DNA of 52,992 nt, from positions 1 to 52,992 of the forward strand of contig JBKSUH010000001.1 of NCBI GenBank assembly GCA_047233565.1, read 5' to 3'. Positions 33,524 through 46,615 of the stretch are shown here, in pieces. The stretch's first letter is position 1. Each line of letters begins with the position of its first letter. Below the pieces are notes generated by a model. It worked only from the letters and a program-made list of their open reading frames with translations, did not search any database and was not told the origin of the DNA. Origin of the DNA: Alistipes sp. GTDB lineage: Bacteria; Bacteroidota; Bacteroidia; Bacteroidales; Rikenellaceae. The position numbers were made by a program, and so were the translations under genes.

Positions 33524-33613
33524 TACGGTTTTTGGTTAGATAATGTTTAAACCGGGTGAGCCTGTGGCGGGCGGATTCCGCCCGCTGCAGCGCTTGCTTT
33601 AAGACTTGAACCG

Positions 33614-34516
33614 ATGAAGAAGAGTTTTATGCTGTGTCTGGCTGGCTGTCTTGCGGCCTGCGTTACGGCGGTCTCCGCAACTGCGGCGCGTCCGGCGTCC
33701 GGGCAGCCGGCGACCCGCGTCATGACCTGCAACGTCCGCATCACGGGACTGCCCGAAGACGAGACCGCAGGACGCCGCTGGGAGGACTGCCGCGACGCCT
33801 GCCTGAAGGCGATCCGCATGTACAGACCCGATGTGATCTGCATGCAGGAGGTGATTTACGATTCGTATAACTATTTCAAGGAGAAATTCTCGGATTATGT
33901 CGCTTACGGATTCGCAGGTCCGGAGATGGATCCCTATACCGAAGGTTATCACTTTATCGGCAAGAACGTGATTTTCTTCAGCAAAAAGCGTTACGAGTTC
34001 GTCTCGTCGGGCTGCTACTGGCTGTCGGAAACCCCGCTTGCCGCGGGCAGCTGTTCGTGGAACACGATGCGCGCCCGCCACTGCAACTGGGTGCGCCTGC
34101 GCGACCGGAAGAGCGGCGCGGAGTTCCGCGTGCTGGACATCCACCTCGACCACAAGTCGGACGATGCGCGGCGCGAGCAGATGAAGATGATCGTCGGGAG
34201 TGCGCGCAGTATGCCGACGGCTTCCCGCAGATCATCTGCGGCGATTTCAATTCGGGAATCGAGAATGCACCCGTCGCGTGCCTGCGTGACGCCGGGTGGC
34301 AGGAGGCGTACGAGGCCGTACATGGTCCCGGCGAAGCCGGCTTACCTACCACGGGTTCAAAGGCCCGGATTACAGGAAAAGAACGCGCGCCGCATCGACT
34401 TTATCTTCGTGCGCGGCAACCTGCAACCCGTTGCGGCGGAGATTCTCCGCGACAAGGTCGATGGTCTGTACCCCAGCGACCACTACTTTCTGATGTCCGA
34501 TTTTATCATTCAGTAA
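33614..34516 (+). CDS. Endonuclease/exonuclease/phosphatase (EEP) family protein with signal peptide
   Basis: RVMTCNVR, PDVICMQE, YWLSETP, HLDH, GDFN (alternate frame), RIDFIF and PSDH. Confidence 0.9.
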   Translation: MKKSFMLCLAGCLAACVTAVSATAARPASGQPATRVMTCNVRITGLPEDETAGRRWEDCRDACLKAIRMYRPDVICMQEVIYDSYNYFKEKFSDYVAYGFAGPEMDPYTEGYHFIGKNVIFFSKKRYEFVSSGCYWLSETPLAAGSCSWNTMRARHCNWVRLRDRKSGAEFRVLDIHLDHKSDDARREQMKMIVGSARSMPTASRRSSAAISIRESRMHPSRACVTPGGRRRTRPYMVPAKPAYLPRVQRPGLQEKNARRIDFIFVRGNLQPVAAEILRDKVDGLYPSDHYFLMSDFIIQ

Positions 34517-34531
34517 CCGAACGAAAAACAG

Positions 34532-35841
34532 ATGAGATTTACAAAACTATTCGCGGCCGTTCTCTGCTCCCTCGCGGCGCTGGCCGCTTCGGGACAGAAC
34601 CTCCGGGACGAAATAGCTGCAAATCCCCGCAAGTCCGGCGGCGTATATTATGTCTACACCTACGACAATCCCGTGCTGACGCCTGCGCCGAAGGGTTATA
34701 AGCCGTTTTATATCAGTCACTACGGCCGGCACGGTTCGCGCTGGCTGCTGCACGACAGCGAATACGACGAGGTGATGGCCGTTTTCCGGGCCGCCGACGC
34801 CGCGAATGCGTTTACCGAGCGGGGACGCGAGGTCTACGGCCGGGTGAAGCGCGTCTACGACGACGGCATCAACCGGGGCGGCGATCTTTCGCCCCTCGGC
34901 GCCGAGCAGCACCGGGAGATCGCCGGGCGCATGTACCGCAATTTCCCCGAAGTATTCCGCTCCGGCGCGGTCGTCGATGCGCAGGCGACCCTCGTGGTGC
35001 GGTGCGTGCTGAGCATGGCGGCTTTCTGCGAGCGGCTCAAGGAGCTTAATCCCCGTCTGGAGGTGTCGCGCACGGCGGGGCGCAGGACGACGCGCTACCT
35101 CAATTTCTACAGCAAGCCGACCAATCCGACGCTCAGCCGGGAGTACCTCGACTTCATCGACAAGGGCGGTTGGCAGGAGGAGTACGAGCGGATCGGGGAT
35201 CGGTTCGTGCGTCCCGGCCGGCTGATGTCGGAGCTGTTCGCCGACGGGGAGTTCGTGCGGACGATCGACGCGCAGAAGCTGATGAAGGGCCTTTTCTATT
35301 TCGCCGCCGACATGCAGAACGTCGGTCTGGGGATTTCGTTTTACGACCTCTTTACCACCGACGAGCTTTACGGGCTGAACGTGTACGACAACTATAAGTA
35401 TTACGTGATCCGCGGCCCTTCGCCGCTCAACAGGCGTTTTCCGCAGTATTATGCCAAGGCGCTGCTGGAGGATTTCCTCACGCGCGCCGACCGGGCCGTG
35501 GAGGGCGGCGCGGTTTCGGCCGACCTGCGGTTCGGCCACAACGGCAACCTGATGACGTTCGTGTCGCTGCTGCAGTTCGAGGGTGCGACGTCGTGGAGAG
35601 CGATCCCGAAAAGATCGCCCAAGCGTGGCCCTTGTACAGGATTACGCCGATGGCGGCCAATATCCAGCTGGTTTTCTACCGTAAGAAAGCTGCGGACGAC
35701 GTGCTGGTGAAATTCCTCTACAACGAACGCGAGGTGCGGATTCCCGTCGCAAGCGATCTGGCGCCTTACTACCGCTGGAACGACGTGCGCGACTTCTACC
35801 GGAACGTGATGGAGAACCTGCCCGATCCGGCCGCGAAATAG
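34532..35841 (+). CDS. Histidine-type (acid) phosphatase with signal peptide; frameshift near 35590
   Basis: PFYISHYGRHGSRW, LRFGH, PMAANIQLVFYR and PYYRWNDVR. Confidence 0.88.
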
Positions 35842-35880
35842 CCTGCGCCGTTTCGGGGCGGGACGCTCCGGGACGATATG

Positions 35881-35912
35881 AAAAAGCTCTTCCATTACTG
35901 GAAGAGCTTTTT
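35881..35912. terminator. Bidirectional terminator between the convergent phosphatase and tpiA
   Basis: AAAAAGCTCTTCCA-TTAC-TGGAAGAGCTTTTT perfect inverted repeat. Confidence 0.9.
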
Positions 35913-35929
35913 GTTGCGGTCGGGGCCGC

Positions 35930-36688
35930 TTATTTCGCGAAGCCTTTGCCGATGCCAAGGAAATCCTCGGCCTTGAGGGCTGCGCCGCCGATCAGGCCGC
36001 CGTCGACGTCTTCCTTGGCGAAGAGCTCCGGTGCGTTCGAGGGCTTGCACGAACCGCCGTAGAGGATGGCGGTATCCTGTGCTGCCGCGCCGAATTTGGC
36101 TGCCAGCACCTGGCGGATGTAAGCGTGGATTTCCTGTGCCTGCTCGGCCGAGGCGGTCTTGCCGGTGCCGATAGCCCATACGGGCTCGTATGCGATCACG
36201 AGGTTCTTGTACTCCTCTTCGGTGAGGTTGTAAACGACCTCCTCGATCTGGGCCTTCACCACGTCGAAGTGTTTGCCGGCCTCACGCTCTTCGAGGTTCT
36301 CGCCTACGCAGTAGATCGGGGTCAGGCCGTTGGCGTAAGCCTGCGCCATCTTCTTGTTGAGCGTAGCGGAGGTTTCGCCGTAGTACTGGCGGCGCTCCGA
36401 GTGGCCGAGGATCACGTATTTGCAACCCAGCGCCGCGATCATCGAAGCGGCGATCTCGCCCGTATAGGCGCCTTTGGCCTCCGTGGCGCAGTCCTGTGCC
36501 CCGAGGGCGATGTCCGAACCCTTGAGTGCCTCGGCGACCTGCGAAAGGTGCGTGAAGGGGGGGCACACGATGAAGTTGACGCACGAGCATACCTCGCCGC
36601 GGCCGGCTGCGATGCCTTTGGCCAGTTCTACACCTTCGGCGGGAAGCGTATTCATCTTCCAGTTGCCGGCAACAATTTTCTTTCTCAT
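35930..36688 (-). CDS. tpiA: Triosephosphate isomerase
   Basis: [29 protein letters not shown] and DGGLIGGA. Confidence 0.98.
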   Translation of the reverse strand: MRKKIVAGNWKMNTLPAEGVELAKGIAAGRGEVCSCVNFIVCPPFTHLSQVAEALKGSDIALGAQDCATEAKGAYTGEIAASMIAALGCKYVILGHSERRQYYGETSATLNKKMAQAYANGLTPIYCVGENLEEREAGKHFDVVKAQIEEVVYNLTEEEYKNLVIAYEPVWAIGTGKTASAEQAQEIHAYIRQVLAAKFGAAAQDTAILYGGSCKPSNAPELFAKEDVDGGLIGGAALKAEDFLGIGKGFAK

Positions 36689-36726
36689 TTTCTTAGGTTT
36701 TTATTGTTAAAATCCGAATTGTCACG

Positions 36727-38445
<1,719 letters not shown>

Positions 38446-38481
38446 ATCTTGTGTTTTTGAATGTTTGGACTATTGACCGTG

Positions 38482-38511
38482 CAAAGTTAATAAATTCTGC
38501 GCAAATACGAA
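38482..38511 (-). promoter_or_regulatory. Bacteroidota promoter for lysS-tpiA
   Basis: -7 TAACTTTG (reverse complement of 38482-38489); weak -33 TTCG at 38508-38511. Confidence 0.6.
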
Positions 38512-38668
38512 CCGGGCGCGGTATGGAATAAAAAGAGCCGCATTTTTGCGGCTCTCCGTGTCAGGATGTGTCGTCCGGGCGAGTTGTCCGGGGCGGAAGC
38601 TATTGTCCGGGGGCATTGGGAAGCGTCGTCCGGGACCTGCCTTCCGGAGGGTTGTCTTCCGGGATGCG

Positions 38669-39316
38669 TCAGCCGGCGGCGGAATCCCGGCGGATCAGGC
38701 GGCGGTAGGCCCGCAGTGCGGCGTATCCGAGCGCGGCGCCGACCAGCGTGCCCCATACGAGGTCCATCGGGAAATGCTTGCCCAGGTAGATGCGCGAATA
38801 GCAGATGACGAGGGTGCAGACGACCATCAGGGCGGTGAACCACTTGCGGCGGATCGCACCGCACGAGAGTACGGCCAGCGCGACGATCGTGGCCGCGTGC
38901 GCCGAGACGGTGCCGTACATGCCGCTTACGGCCTCGGGCGGGACGTGCACTGCCCAATCATGCGGCATTGCCGCACGGCGCAGGGCGCGCAGCGAATCGG
39001 GCGTGATCTCCAGCCCTTCGAGCGAGGGGGTGAACATCGGCCGCGGGCGCGGTTCGAACTGCGGCAGCATGTCGCCCAGCAGGCCGTTATGCTTGAAGAT
39101 GCCCGAAACTATGTCCGACAGCCCCAGGGCGAGAAGCATCAGCACCAGGAAAACCGACATGCCCCGCCAGCCGCTGCGGCGCCATACCAGCCACAGGATC
39201 AATGCATAGAGCGGCAGCCACATCGCCGTGCCCGAGATGGTGAGCATCACGCGGTCGAGGGCCGTGCCGCCGTCGAAATTGAGGGCCATGAACAGGCCGT
39301 GGTCGAAAGTATACAT
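38669..39316 (-). CDS. PAP2 family membrane phosphatase
   Basis: K...RPRP, SAHA and SRIYLGKHFPMD motifs; hydrophobic segments. Confidence 0.88.
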   Translation of the reverse strand: MYTFDHGLFMALNFDGGTALDRVMLTISGTAMWLPLYALILWLVWRRSGWRGMSVFLVLMLLALGLSDIVSGIFKHNGLLGDMLPQFEPRPRPMFTPSLEGLEITPDSLRALRRAAMPHDWAVHVPPEAVSGMYGTVSAHAATIVALAVLSCGAIRRKWFTALMVVCTLVICYSRIYLGKHFPMDLVWGTLVGAALGYAALRAYRRLIRRDSAAG

Positions 39317-39472
39317 GGGTCGATGGATTTGTCGTAAATGGCTGTGGGCTGTTTTTGCCGCATTGCGGGAAGCTTTCCCTCAGCAGGGGCTTGGGGTGGG
39401 GCCAGACTTGCAAACACGGCCGTCGGCCGCGGGAAGAACATACCGGGATGCAAGGCGGCCGTCATACGCATT

Positions 39473-40976
39473 TTAAAACTGAAAGTAGATGAACGGTTGT
39501 ATGTCGCTCGACTTGACCTGCATCACGCACCAGATCATCGCCGCCGCCATGACGATCTGCAGGACCAGCGGCGCGTGCGACACCAGCCGCTGCGCGGGCG
39601 GTCCGCGCGTCCGGGCATCAGGTGGAGCAGGAAGCCTGCGGCGATCAGGGCGAAGGCGCCCGCATAGCCGGAGACGACCTGCGGGATCATCGCGGCGTTG
39701 AAGTTGTAGAAAATCTGGTGAAGCATCAGCTCGACGGTCTGCATCGACTCGGCGCGGAACATCAGCCACCCCAGACAGACGAGGTTGAACGTGAAGAAGA
39801 TGCCGGCCGCGCGGCTCCACCAGTGCATCCGGTCGCCCGTGGCCTTGGCGCCCGGCACGACCGCCATCAGAACTTGTGCAGCGCCAGCGCCGCGCCGTGC
39901 AGCGCGCCCCAGAGGATGAAGCGGATCGCCGCACCGTGCCACAACCCACCCAGCACCATCGTGACGAGCAGGTTGCCGTAGGTGCGCAGTTTGCCTTTGC
40001 GGTTGCCGCCCAGCGAGATGTAGAGGTAATCGCGCAGCCACGAGGAGAGCGAGATATGCCACCTGCGCCAGAATTCGGTGATGGTGGCCGACTTGTACGG
40101 GGCGTCGAAGTTCTTGGGGAAGCGGAAGCCCAGCAGCAGGGCGATGCCGATCGCCATGTCCGAGTAGCCCGAGAAGTCGCAGTAAATCTGCAAGGCATAG
40201 CCGTAGATGCCTGCCAGGCACTCGAAGCCCGAATAGAGCAGTGGCTCGTCGAAGATGCGGTCGACGAAATTGAGCGAGATGTAGTCCGAAATGATCGCCT
40301 TTTTGAAGAGTCCCGTGAGGATCAGGAAGACTCCCGTGCCGAACATTTCGCGCGTCACGACGACCGGGTTGCGGCGGATCTGGGGGATGAAGTCCCGGGC
40401 CCGGACGATCGGGCCTGCGACCAGCTGGGGGAAGAACGAGAGGTAGAAAAGGTAGTCGCACCAGTTGCCGAGCGGTTTGAGCTGTCCGCGGTAGATGTCG
40501 ATCGTGTAGCTCATCGACTGGAACACGAAGAACGAGATGCCGACCGGCAGGAAGATGTTCTGGAATTGGAGGAACCCCTGCCCGAACATCTGGTTGGCGA
40601 TGTCGACCAGGAAGTTGGTGTATTTGAAATATCCCAGCATCCCGAGGTTCACCATGACGCTCAGTACGACGAGCCACCGTTTCGCGGCGCGGCTCCGCAC
40701 GCGGTAGATGCCCTGCGCGATCAGGAAGTCGCTCGTGGCGGCGAAGATGAGCAGCAGGAAATAGATGCCGCTCGACTTGTAGTAGAAATAGAGCGAGAAG
40801 GCGATGACGTAGACGATGCGGGCCATCGGTGCGCGGCGGAAGACGCTGTAAACGAGCATGAACCCGGCGAAGAGGAACAGGAACAGCCCGCTGCTGAAAA
40901 TCAGCGGCGAAGAGGCGTCGTACGCGAGCAGCGCCTGCAGTTTTTCCAGGATGCCGTCCGTTGCGGGGAGTGTCAT
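39473..40976 (-). CDS. MBOAT family O-acyltransferase (AlgI/PatA-like); frameshifted at 3' end
   Basis: LPVGISFFVFQ, FFPQLVAGPI, QIYCDFSGYSDMAIG, FWRRWHISLSSWLRDYLYI and GLWHGA. Confidence 0.93.
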
Positions 40977-42571
40977 TTCCGGGGTGTGTTGAGGTTTCCG
41001 ATTGCGGAGACGGGCCGCAGCTCCCGGTCGATCTTCAGCAGACGGACACTGTCGAGTACGGCCTGCTCGGCCTGGCGGCGGATGCGTGCGGCTTCCGCGG
41101 CGGCATGGGCTTCGTATGCCCCGGCGTTGATCGCATCGACGAGCGACCAGGCCACGCGGCGCCCGCCGGCGTAGTTGATGTGCGTGTAGTCCTTGCCGGC
41201 CCAGCCGTTGGCGACGAACTGTTCCATGCCGCCCAGCGAACGCATGGCGTCGCAGGTCGGCCAGAATGCCGCGCCCGTGTTTTCCGCAGCCCCGCGCTGG
41301 TAGTCGAGCATGTAGGGGATGGCATCCATGGGTTCGAAGCCTGCGTCGGTCTTCACCGAACGGTCGCTCACGCCCAGTACCAGCACGGCCGCCGTGGGGA
41401 AGCACTGCTGTACGTAGACGACCATTTTCTCGATCTGTCGGGCGTAGTTGGTGTAGTTGTGCACCCCCGTCTGCATGATGTTGAGCCCGTATTGCAGGAT
41501 TACCAGGTCGTAACCCGCGTGGGCGTTGATCTGCGCATTGACCGACGGGTTTGTCCAGAACATCGCCTGCCCGTTGTTGCTGCGCACCGAGTAGTTGTCC
41601 ACCACCACGCCGTCGGCTTCGAACACCGCGCCGTAGCCGATGAATCCCCGCGCCGGAGAGCACCTTGAACGAGAGCGAGCGGACGTGGGGGCCGTGACGG
41701 CGATCTGGCGATGTCGGGCGCCTTCGACTGAATTCACGGCGCAGCGAGTCGTTGAGCGTCAGCTCCACGCGGCTTCGCCGGGGCTGATGAAGAAGACCCG
41801 CGCCGCGGTGCAGCTGTCGAGCCGCTTGCGGTAGTCGCTGTTTTCCCAGCGGGTCGAAGCTCCGGCCGCAGGCTGGCAGACCCATCCCGAGACGAAGAAG
41901 TGCCCGCGCAGGTTCTGGGGTGCCGCTTTGCGCTGCATGATGTTGTATGCCGTCCAGCCTTTCGACTGGGTTTTGATCGTGCGCCGGAAGGCCGTCAGGG
42001 GCGATGCCATCGGGGCGAAGCCCGCGCCGCCCCCGCCGTAGGCCTGTTGCAGCTTCTCGCGCAGGTCGGCCGTGAGGATGTCGCCCTCGATGAACGAGTC
42101 GCCCAGTACGGCGATGCGCACCGGACGGCGGGCATAGAGCAGCGTGTCGTAGAATGCCCTGAGACGTCCCGAATCGGCGGGGGCGAACTGCTCGATCGCC
42201 ACGAGCGCCGGGTTGAGCCGGGCGCTGTCGGGAACGACCGGCATGCGGCCGGAGCTGTCTTGCCGCAGCAGCCATTCGAAGATGGTTTGCACGGGGCGGG
42301 GCGCTGTGTCCGCTTCGATGCGCTCGGCCTCGATGCGCCGGGCGACCTGTGCCATGTCGACGTGGAAATCGTCCTCGTCGAAGAGCGCCGGTTCGGCGGC
42401 TTCCGCCGCGGCGTCCTCGAACGACAGGATGTCCGACAGGATGTTGGCCCGGCGGAGCTTGACGCCGCCGAGGCTTTGCGGGGGGATAAAACTCACGGCC
42501 CCAAGCACTGCGATCAGCGCCAGGGCCGCGATCCATCCCCGGTGGGAGTAGTCTTTTTCGGGGGTATTCAT
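40973..42571 (-). CDS. SGNH/GDSL-fold protein with N-terminal TM (PatB-like O-acetyltransferase/esterase); frameshifted
   Basis: IAVLGDSFIEGD, LVILQYGLN and DYTH (DxxH); overlaps the MBOAT start. Confidence 0.78.
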
Positions 42572-42578
42572 CGTCCGT

Positions 42579-43340
42579 TTAGTCGCGTCGCCCGAGGATC
42601 AGGAAGACGTAGTAAAGCACCGAGGCGATGGCGCTGAGAGCTGCTACGAGGTAGGTGCGCGCTGCCCATGAGAGGGCTTCCCGGGCTTGCGCGAGCTGTG
42701 CGCCCTGCATCGTGCGGCTGACCTGCAGCCATTCCAGCGCGCGTGCCGAGGCGTTGTATTCGACGGGCAGCGTCACCAGCGAGAAGACCGCCGACATGGC
42801 GATCAGCCCCACGCCGATCCAGCACAGCAGCTCGTTCTGCGTCGTGGCGAGGATCACCAGTCCGAGGATGATGACCCACGTGGCTGCGGTCGAGGAGAAC
42901 TGCACGATGGGTACCAACTGCGAGCGCAGCGTCAGGGGGGCGTAGCCCCGGGCATGTTGCACGGCGTGCCCGCACTCGTGGGCCGCACGGCCGCGGCGGC
43001 GACGCTCGTCGACGAGTAGACGGTCGCTCAGGTTGACGGTCATCGTCTGCGGGTTGAAATGGTCGGTCAGGTGTCCGCCACGTGCGTCACCTTGACGTTG
43101 TGGATGTTGTTGTCGCGCAGCATCTTCCGGCCACCTCGGCGCCCGTCAGCCCGCCGGGGAACTGACCTTCGAATATTTGCGGAAGACCGATTGCAGGCGT
43201 GCCTGCACGGCATAGCCGGCGATACCGATGACGATGATCAGGACGAACATTCCCATCGTCGCCGCCGAATAGTGTGCCGCACCGGAGGCCGGTTCGGCGT
43301 AGTATCCTGCCTGGAGCAGGGTGAAAAGCATGTGTGTCAT
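42579..43340 (-). CDS. Membrane-bound neutral zinc metallopeptidase (YugP-like); frameshifted
   Basis: LTDHFNP, AAHECGHAVQHA, TLPVEYNASARA and AARTY. Confidence 0.88.
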
Positions 43341-43346
43341 AGTCGT

Positions 43347-44087
43347 TTAGTTTTTTCTGTGTGTGTAATATGCGCCCGCCTGCTGCGAGGGCATCAGTAC
43401 CATTTCATTAACGGTCATATGGGCCGGTAATTGTGCCGCCCATGCGATCGCCTCGGCGATGTCTTCGCCGGTGAGCGGCTCGACGCCGTCGTAAACCCGG
43501 TCGGCGCGCTCCTTGTCGCCGTGGAAGCGCACCTCGGAGAACTCCGTCTCGACCATGCCCGGACGGATCTCCGTCACCTTGATGCCGTTGGCGAGCAGGT
43601 CGGCGCGCATGGCCTGCGAGATGGCGTGCACGGCGTGCTTCGAAGCGCAGTAGACCGCGCCGTTTTCGTAGGCTTCGGTGCCGGCGATCGAGCCGATGTT
43701 GAACACGCCCGCCGCCCGCGGCCGACGCCATTTTGGGCGTGACGACCGCGTGACGTAGAGCAGTCCTTGACGTTGGTGTCGATCATGGCGTCCCAGTCGG
43801 CTGTGTTGCCTTGGTCGATGTGTTCCAGCCCGGCAGCCAGTCCGGCGTTGTTGATGGCAGGTCCTGCCCGTTCAGGGGGCTTAGGGCGGACCTCGCTTCG
43901 CTGCGCACGTCGAAGACGAGCGCGGTGCAGCGGCGCCGCCGCTTCGATTTCGCGGCGGAGCGTTTCGAGCCGTTCGCGCGGCGTCCCGTCGCCGTTATGT
44001 CGTATCCTTCGGCCGCGAGCCGGAGCGCCATGCCCTGGCGCGTCCGATTACGATGTGAAGCTCCCGTGATCAGTGCCTGTTTTTCAT
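43347..44087 (-). CDS. SDR family NAD(P)-dependent oxidoreductase (YdfG-like); frameshifted
   Basis: ALITGA, INNAG, NIGSIAG, YCASK and PGMVETEFSEVRF. Confidence 0.88.
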
Positions 44088-44162
44088 AAAGTGGGTTTAT
44101 GATGGACAAAAATACGAAATATTGTGTTACTTTGCATAAATTTTCCAGCAAATTAAGCAGCC

Positions 44163-45392
44163 GTGAATCTCGCCTTTTTCATCGCCCGCCGGACGGCAGC
44201 GCACCCGGAGAACAAACCCGGTGTGATGGAGCGTATCGCCGTGATTTCCGTGGCGTTGAGCGTCGCGGTGATGCTGCCTGGCGATGGCCGTGATCATGGG
44301 GTTTCAAGCAGGAGGTGTCCGCAAGGTGGCCGCCTTTTCGGGCCATGCCGTGGACGGCGTGCGGGGTGTGGGGACGCTCGATTCGGAGCCCGTGCGCCGC
44401 AGTGCCCGCACCGAGGGCTGATCCGCACCACCGAAGGATTCGTGTCGCTGGCCCCTATGCCGTCAAGGGCGGTATCGTACGCACGGCGGATGCCGTGCAG
44501 GTGATGCTCAAGGGCGTGGACGGGGATTACGATTGGTCGTCGTTCGGCCAGTGGCTGGTGGAGGGGACTGCCCCGTGTGGGCGATTCGGTGCGTACGAAG
44601 GACTCCTGCTGTCGCGCGGCATGGCCGAGAAACTGATGCTCGGCGTGGGCGACAAAGTCGAGATGCTCTTCGTCGAGGCCGGCGACACGCCGCGCCGCGA
44701 CCGGTTCAAGGTGGCGGGGATTTACTCGTCGGGGATGGACGAGATGGACAACACGGTCATCCTGACCGACCTGCGCAACGTGCAGCGCCTCTCGGACTGG
44801 GCGCCGGACGAGATTTCGGGATACGAGGTCTTTACCGACGATCTGGCCGGGGCGGACGATTTCGCCCGCAGGCTGGGGCATACGCTCCTCTACGACGAGG
44901 ACGACGCCACGGCGAACCTGGCTGTCACGAGCGTGACGGAGCTTTATCAATATTTTCGACTGGCTCAAGGCGCACGACGTGAATGCCGCCGTGATAATCG
45001 TCATCATGCTCGTGGTGGCTTTTTTCAACATGACCTCGGCGCTGCTGATCCTCGTGCTCGAACGCACGCGGATGATCGGCCTGCTCAAGGCCTTCGGCAT
45101 GCGCAACGGCCAGCTGCGGCAGGTGTTCCTGTGGCGGGCGTCGTTCATCACCCTGCGCGGCCTGGCGTGGGGAAATGCTGTGGGGCTGGGGCTGTGCTTC
45201 GTGCAGCGGTATTTCCATGTCGTGCGGCTCAGCTCCGAGGGGTATCTGCTCTCCGAAGTCCCTATTTCGCTGGGGTGGGGCTGGTGGCTGGCGCTGAATG
45301 CCGGTGCCGTGGCGGCGATCGTCGCGCTGCTCGTGGTGCCGACCTATATAGTATCGACCGTGAAACCCGACGAATCAATCCGTTACGAATGA
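44163..45392 (+). CDS. FtsX-like ABC permease, LolC/E family; frameshifted
   Basis: RIAVISVALSVAVM, FKVAGIYSSG and VAFFNMTSALLILVLERTRMIGLLKAFG. Confidence 0.85.
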
Positions 45393-46107
45393 CCGTGAAA
45401 CCCTATAACACCGGACAGACCAAGAAGGAGGAGGTGCGCGAAATGTTCGACAACATCGCACCCAAATACGACCTGCTGAACCATACGCTCTCGATGAACA
45501 TCGACCGCATCTGGCGCCGCCGCGTGGTGCGCATCGTGTGCCGCAGCCGCCCGCACCGTATCCTGGACGTGGCGACCGGTACGGGCGACCTGGCGATCGA
45601 GATGGCACGCCGCATACGGGACGTGCACGTGCTGGGCGTCGACCTCTCGGAAAAGATGCTCGACGTGGCGCGCTGCAAGGTCGCCGCCCGCGGCCTCGAC
45701 GAGCGGGTCGTGCTCGATGTGGGCGACGCGGAGCACCTGCGAGTCTCGGACGCTTCGGTCGACGTGGTGACCGTAGCGTTCGGCGTGCGCAACTTCGGCG
45801 ACCTGGAGGCCGGCCTGCGCGAGATGGCCCGCACAATAAAACCCGGGGGCAAGGTCGTTATACTGGAGTTCTCGCGTCCCCGCAACCGGCTGTTCCGGGT
45901 GCTGTACGAGTTCTATACCTATAAGATACTGCCGCGCATCGGCGGCATGGTGTCGAAGGACAAGCGTGCCTACGAATACCTGCCTGCCTCGGTCGGGGAG
46001 TTCCCTGCGCCCGCGGAGTTCATGGCGATGATGGCCCGGGCGATTTCGCAACCGCCGGGCGCGGAGCCAGAGTTTCGGTATCGCACAAATATATAGGAGA
46101 AAGATGA
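45389..46107 (+). CDS. ubiE: Demethylmenaquinone methyltransferase (UbiE/MenG)
   Basis: MFDNIAPKYDLLNH, ILDVATGTGD, AFGVRN and AYEYLPASV. Confidence 0.93.
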
Positions 46108-46615
46108 AGATGATACAACGTTATTCGGTGTACGTATTGCTGCTGGCGGTCGCGGTGTCGCTCTCTTCGTGCCGCCGCGCCGTGGAGAAGGCCCGGCGCA
46201 ACATCCGCTTCGAGGGCATTGAAAGGGTCGAGCGTCAGGGACTGACGGGCGCCGAGGTGGTCGTGCGGGTGATGAACGATACGGGTTACAAGCTGGTGCT
46301 CGATGCCGCGGAAATGGGCGTTTACTATGCCGGCGGCCGTGTGGGGACGGTCGTCCTGCGCGAGGCGGTCGAAGTGCCCCGCCGTACGACGGACAGCTTC
46401 CGACCTTGTGGCAACTGAAAATCTCCGACCCGCTGGCGCTCTACGTGCTGGCCCGGAAGGTGAAGTCGGGCGATCTGTCGCAGGTCGAGGTGTCGTATGC
46501 CGTGGAAGGGCGCGGAGGCCCGGCTCCCGTGAAAATTTCGCGCGAACGGATGCCGTTGTCGGATTTTGAATACCTTTGGCCTTACGATCGAGGACGTTAA
46601 AAACAGTTGAAATAA
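46104..46615 (+). CDS. Hypothetical lipoprotein (possibly LEA_2/WHy-like); frameshifted
   Basis: Lipobox VSLSSC; ORFs 46104-46418 and 46406-46600 join; end approximate. Confidence 0.55.

Noticed and set aside
38560..38668. Short degenerate GTCCGGG repeats (also CCCTTGT x3 at ~19156-19177)
   Set aside because: Irregular spacing and too short to distinguish from low-complexity intergenic filler
39867..46096. Apparent giant fusion ORFs 39867-42536 (889 aa) and 44315-46096 (593 aa)
   Set aside because: Artefacts of indels linking off-frame sequence of one gene to the next real gene (SGNH to MBOAT; permease to UbiE)
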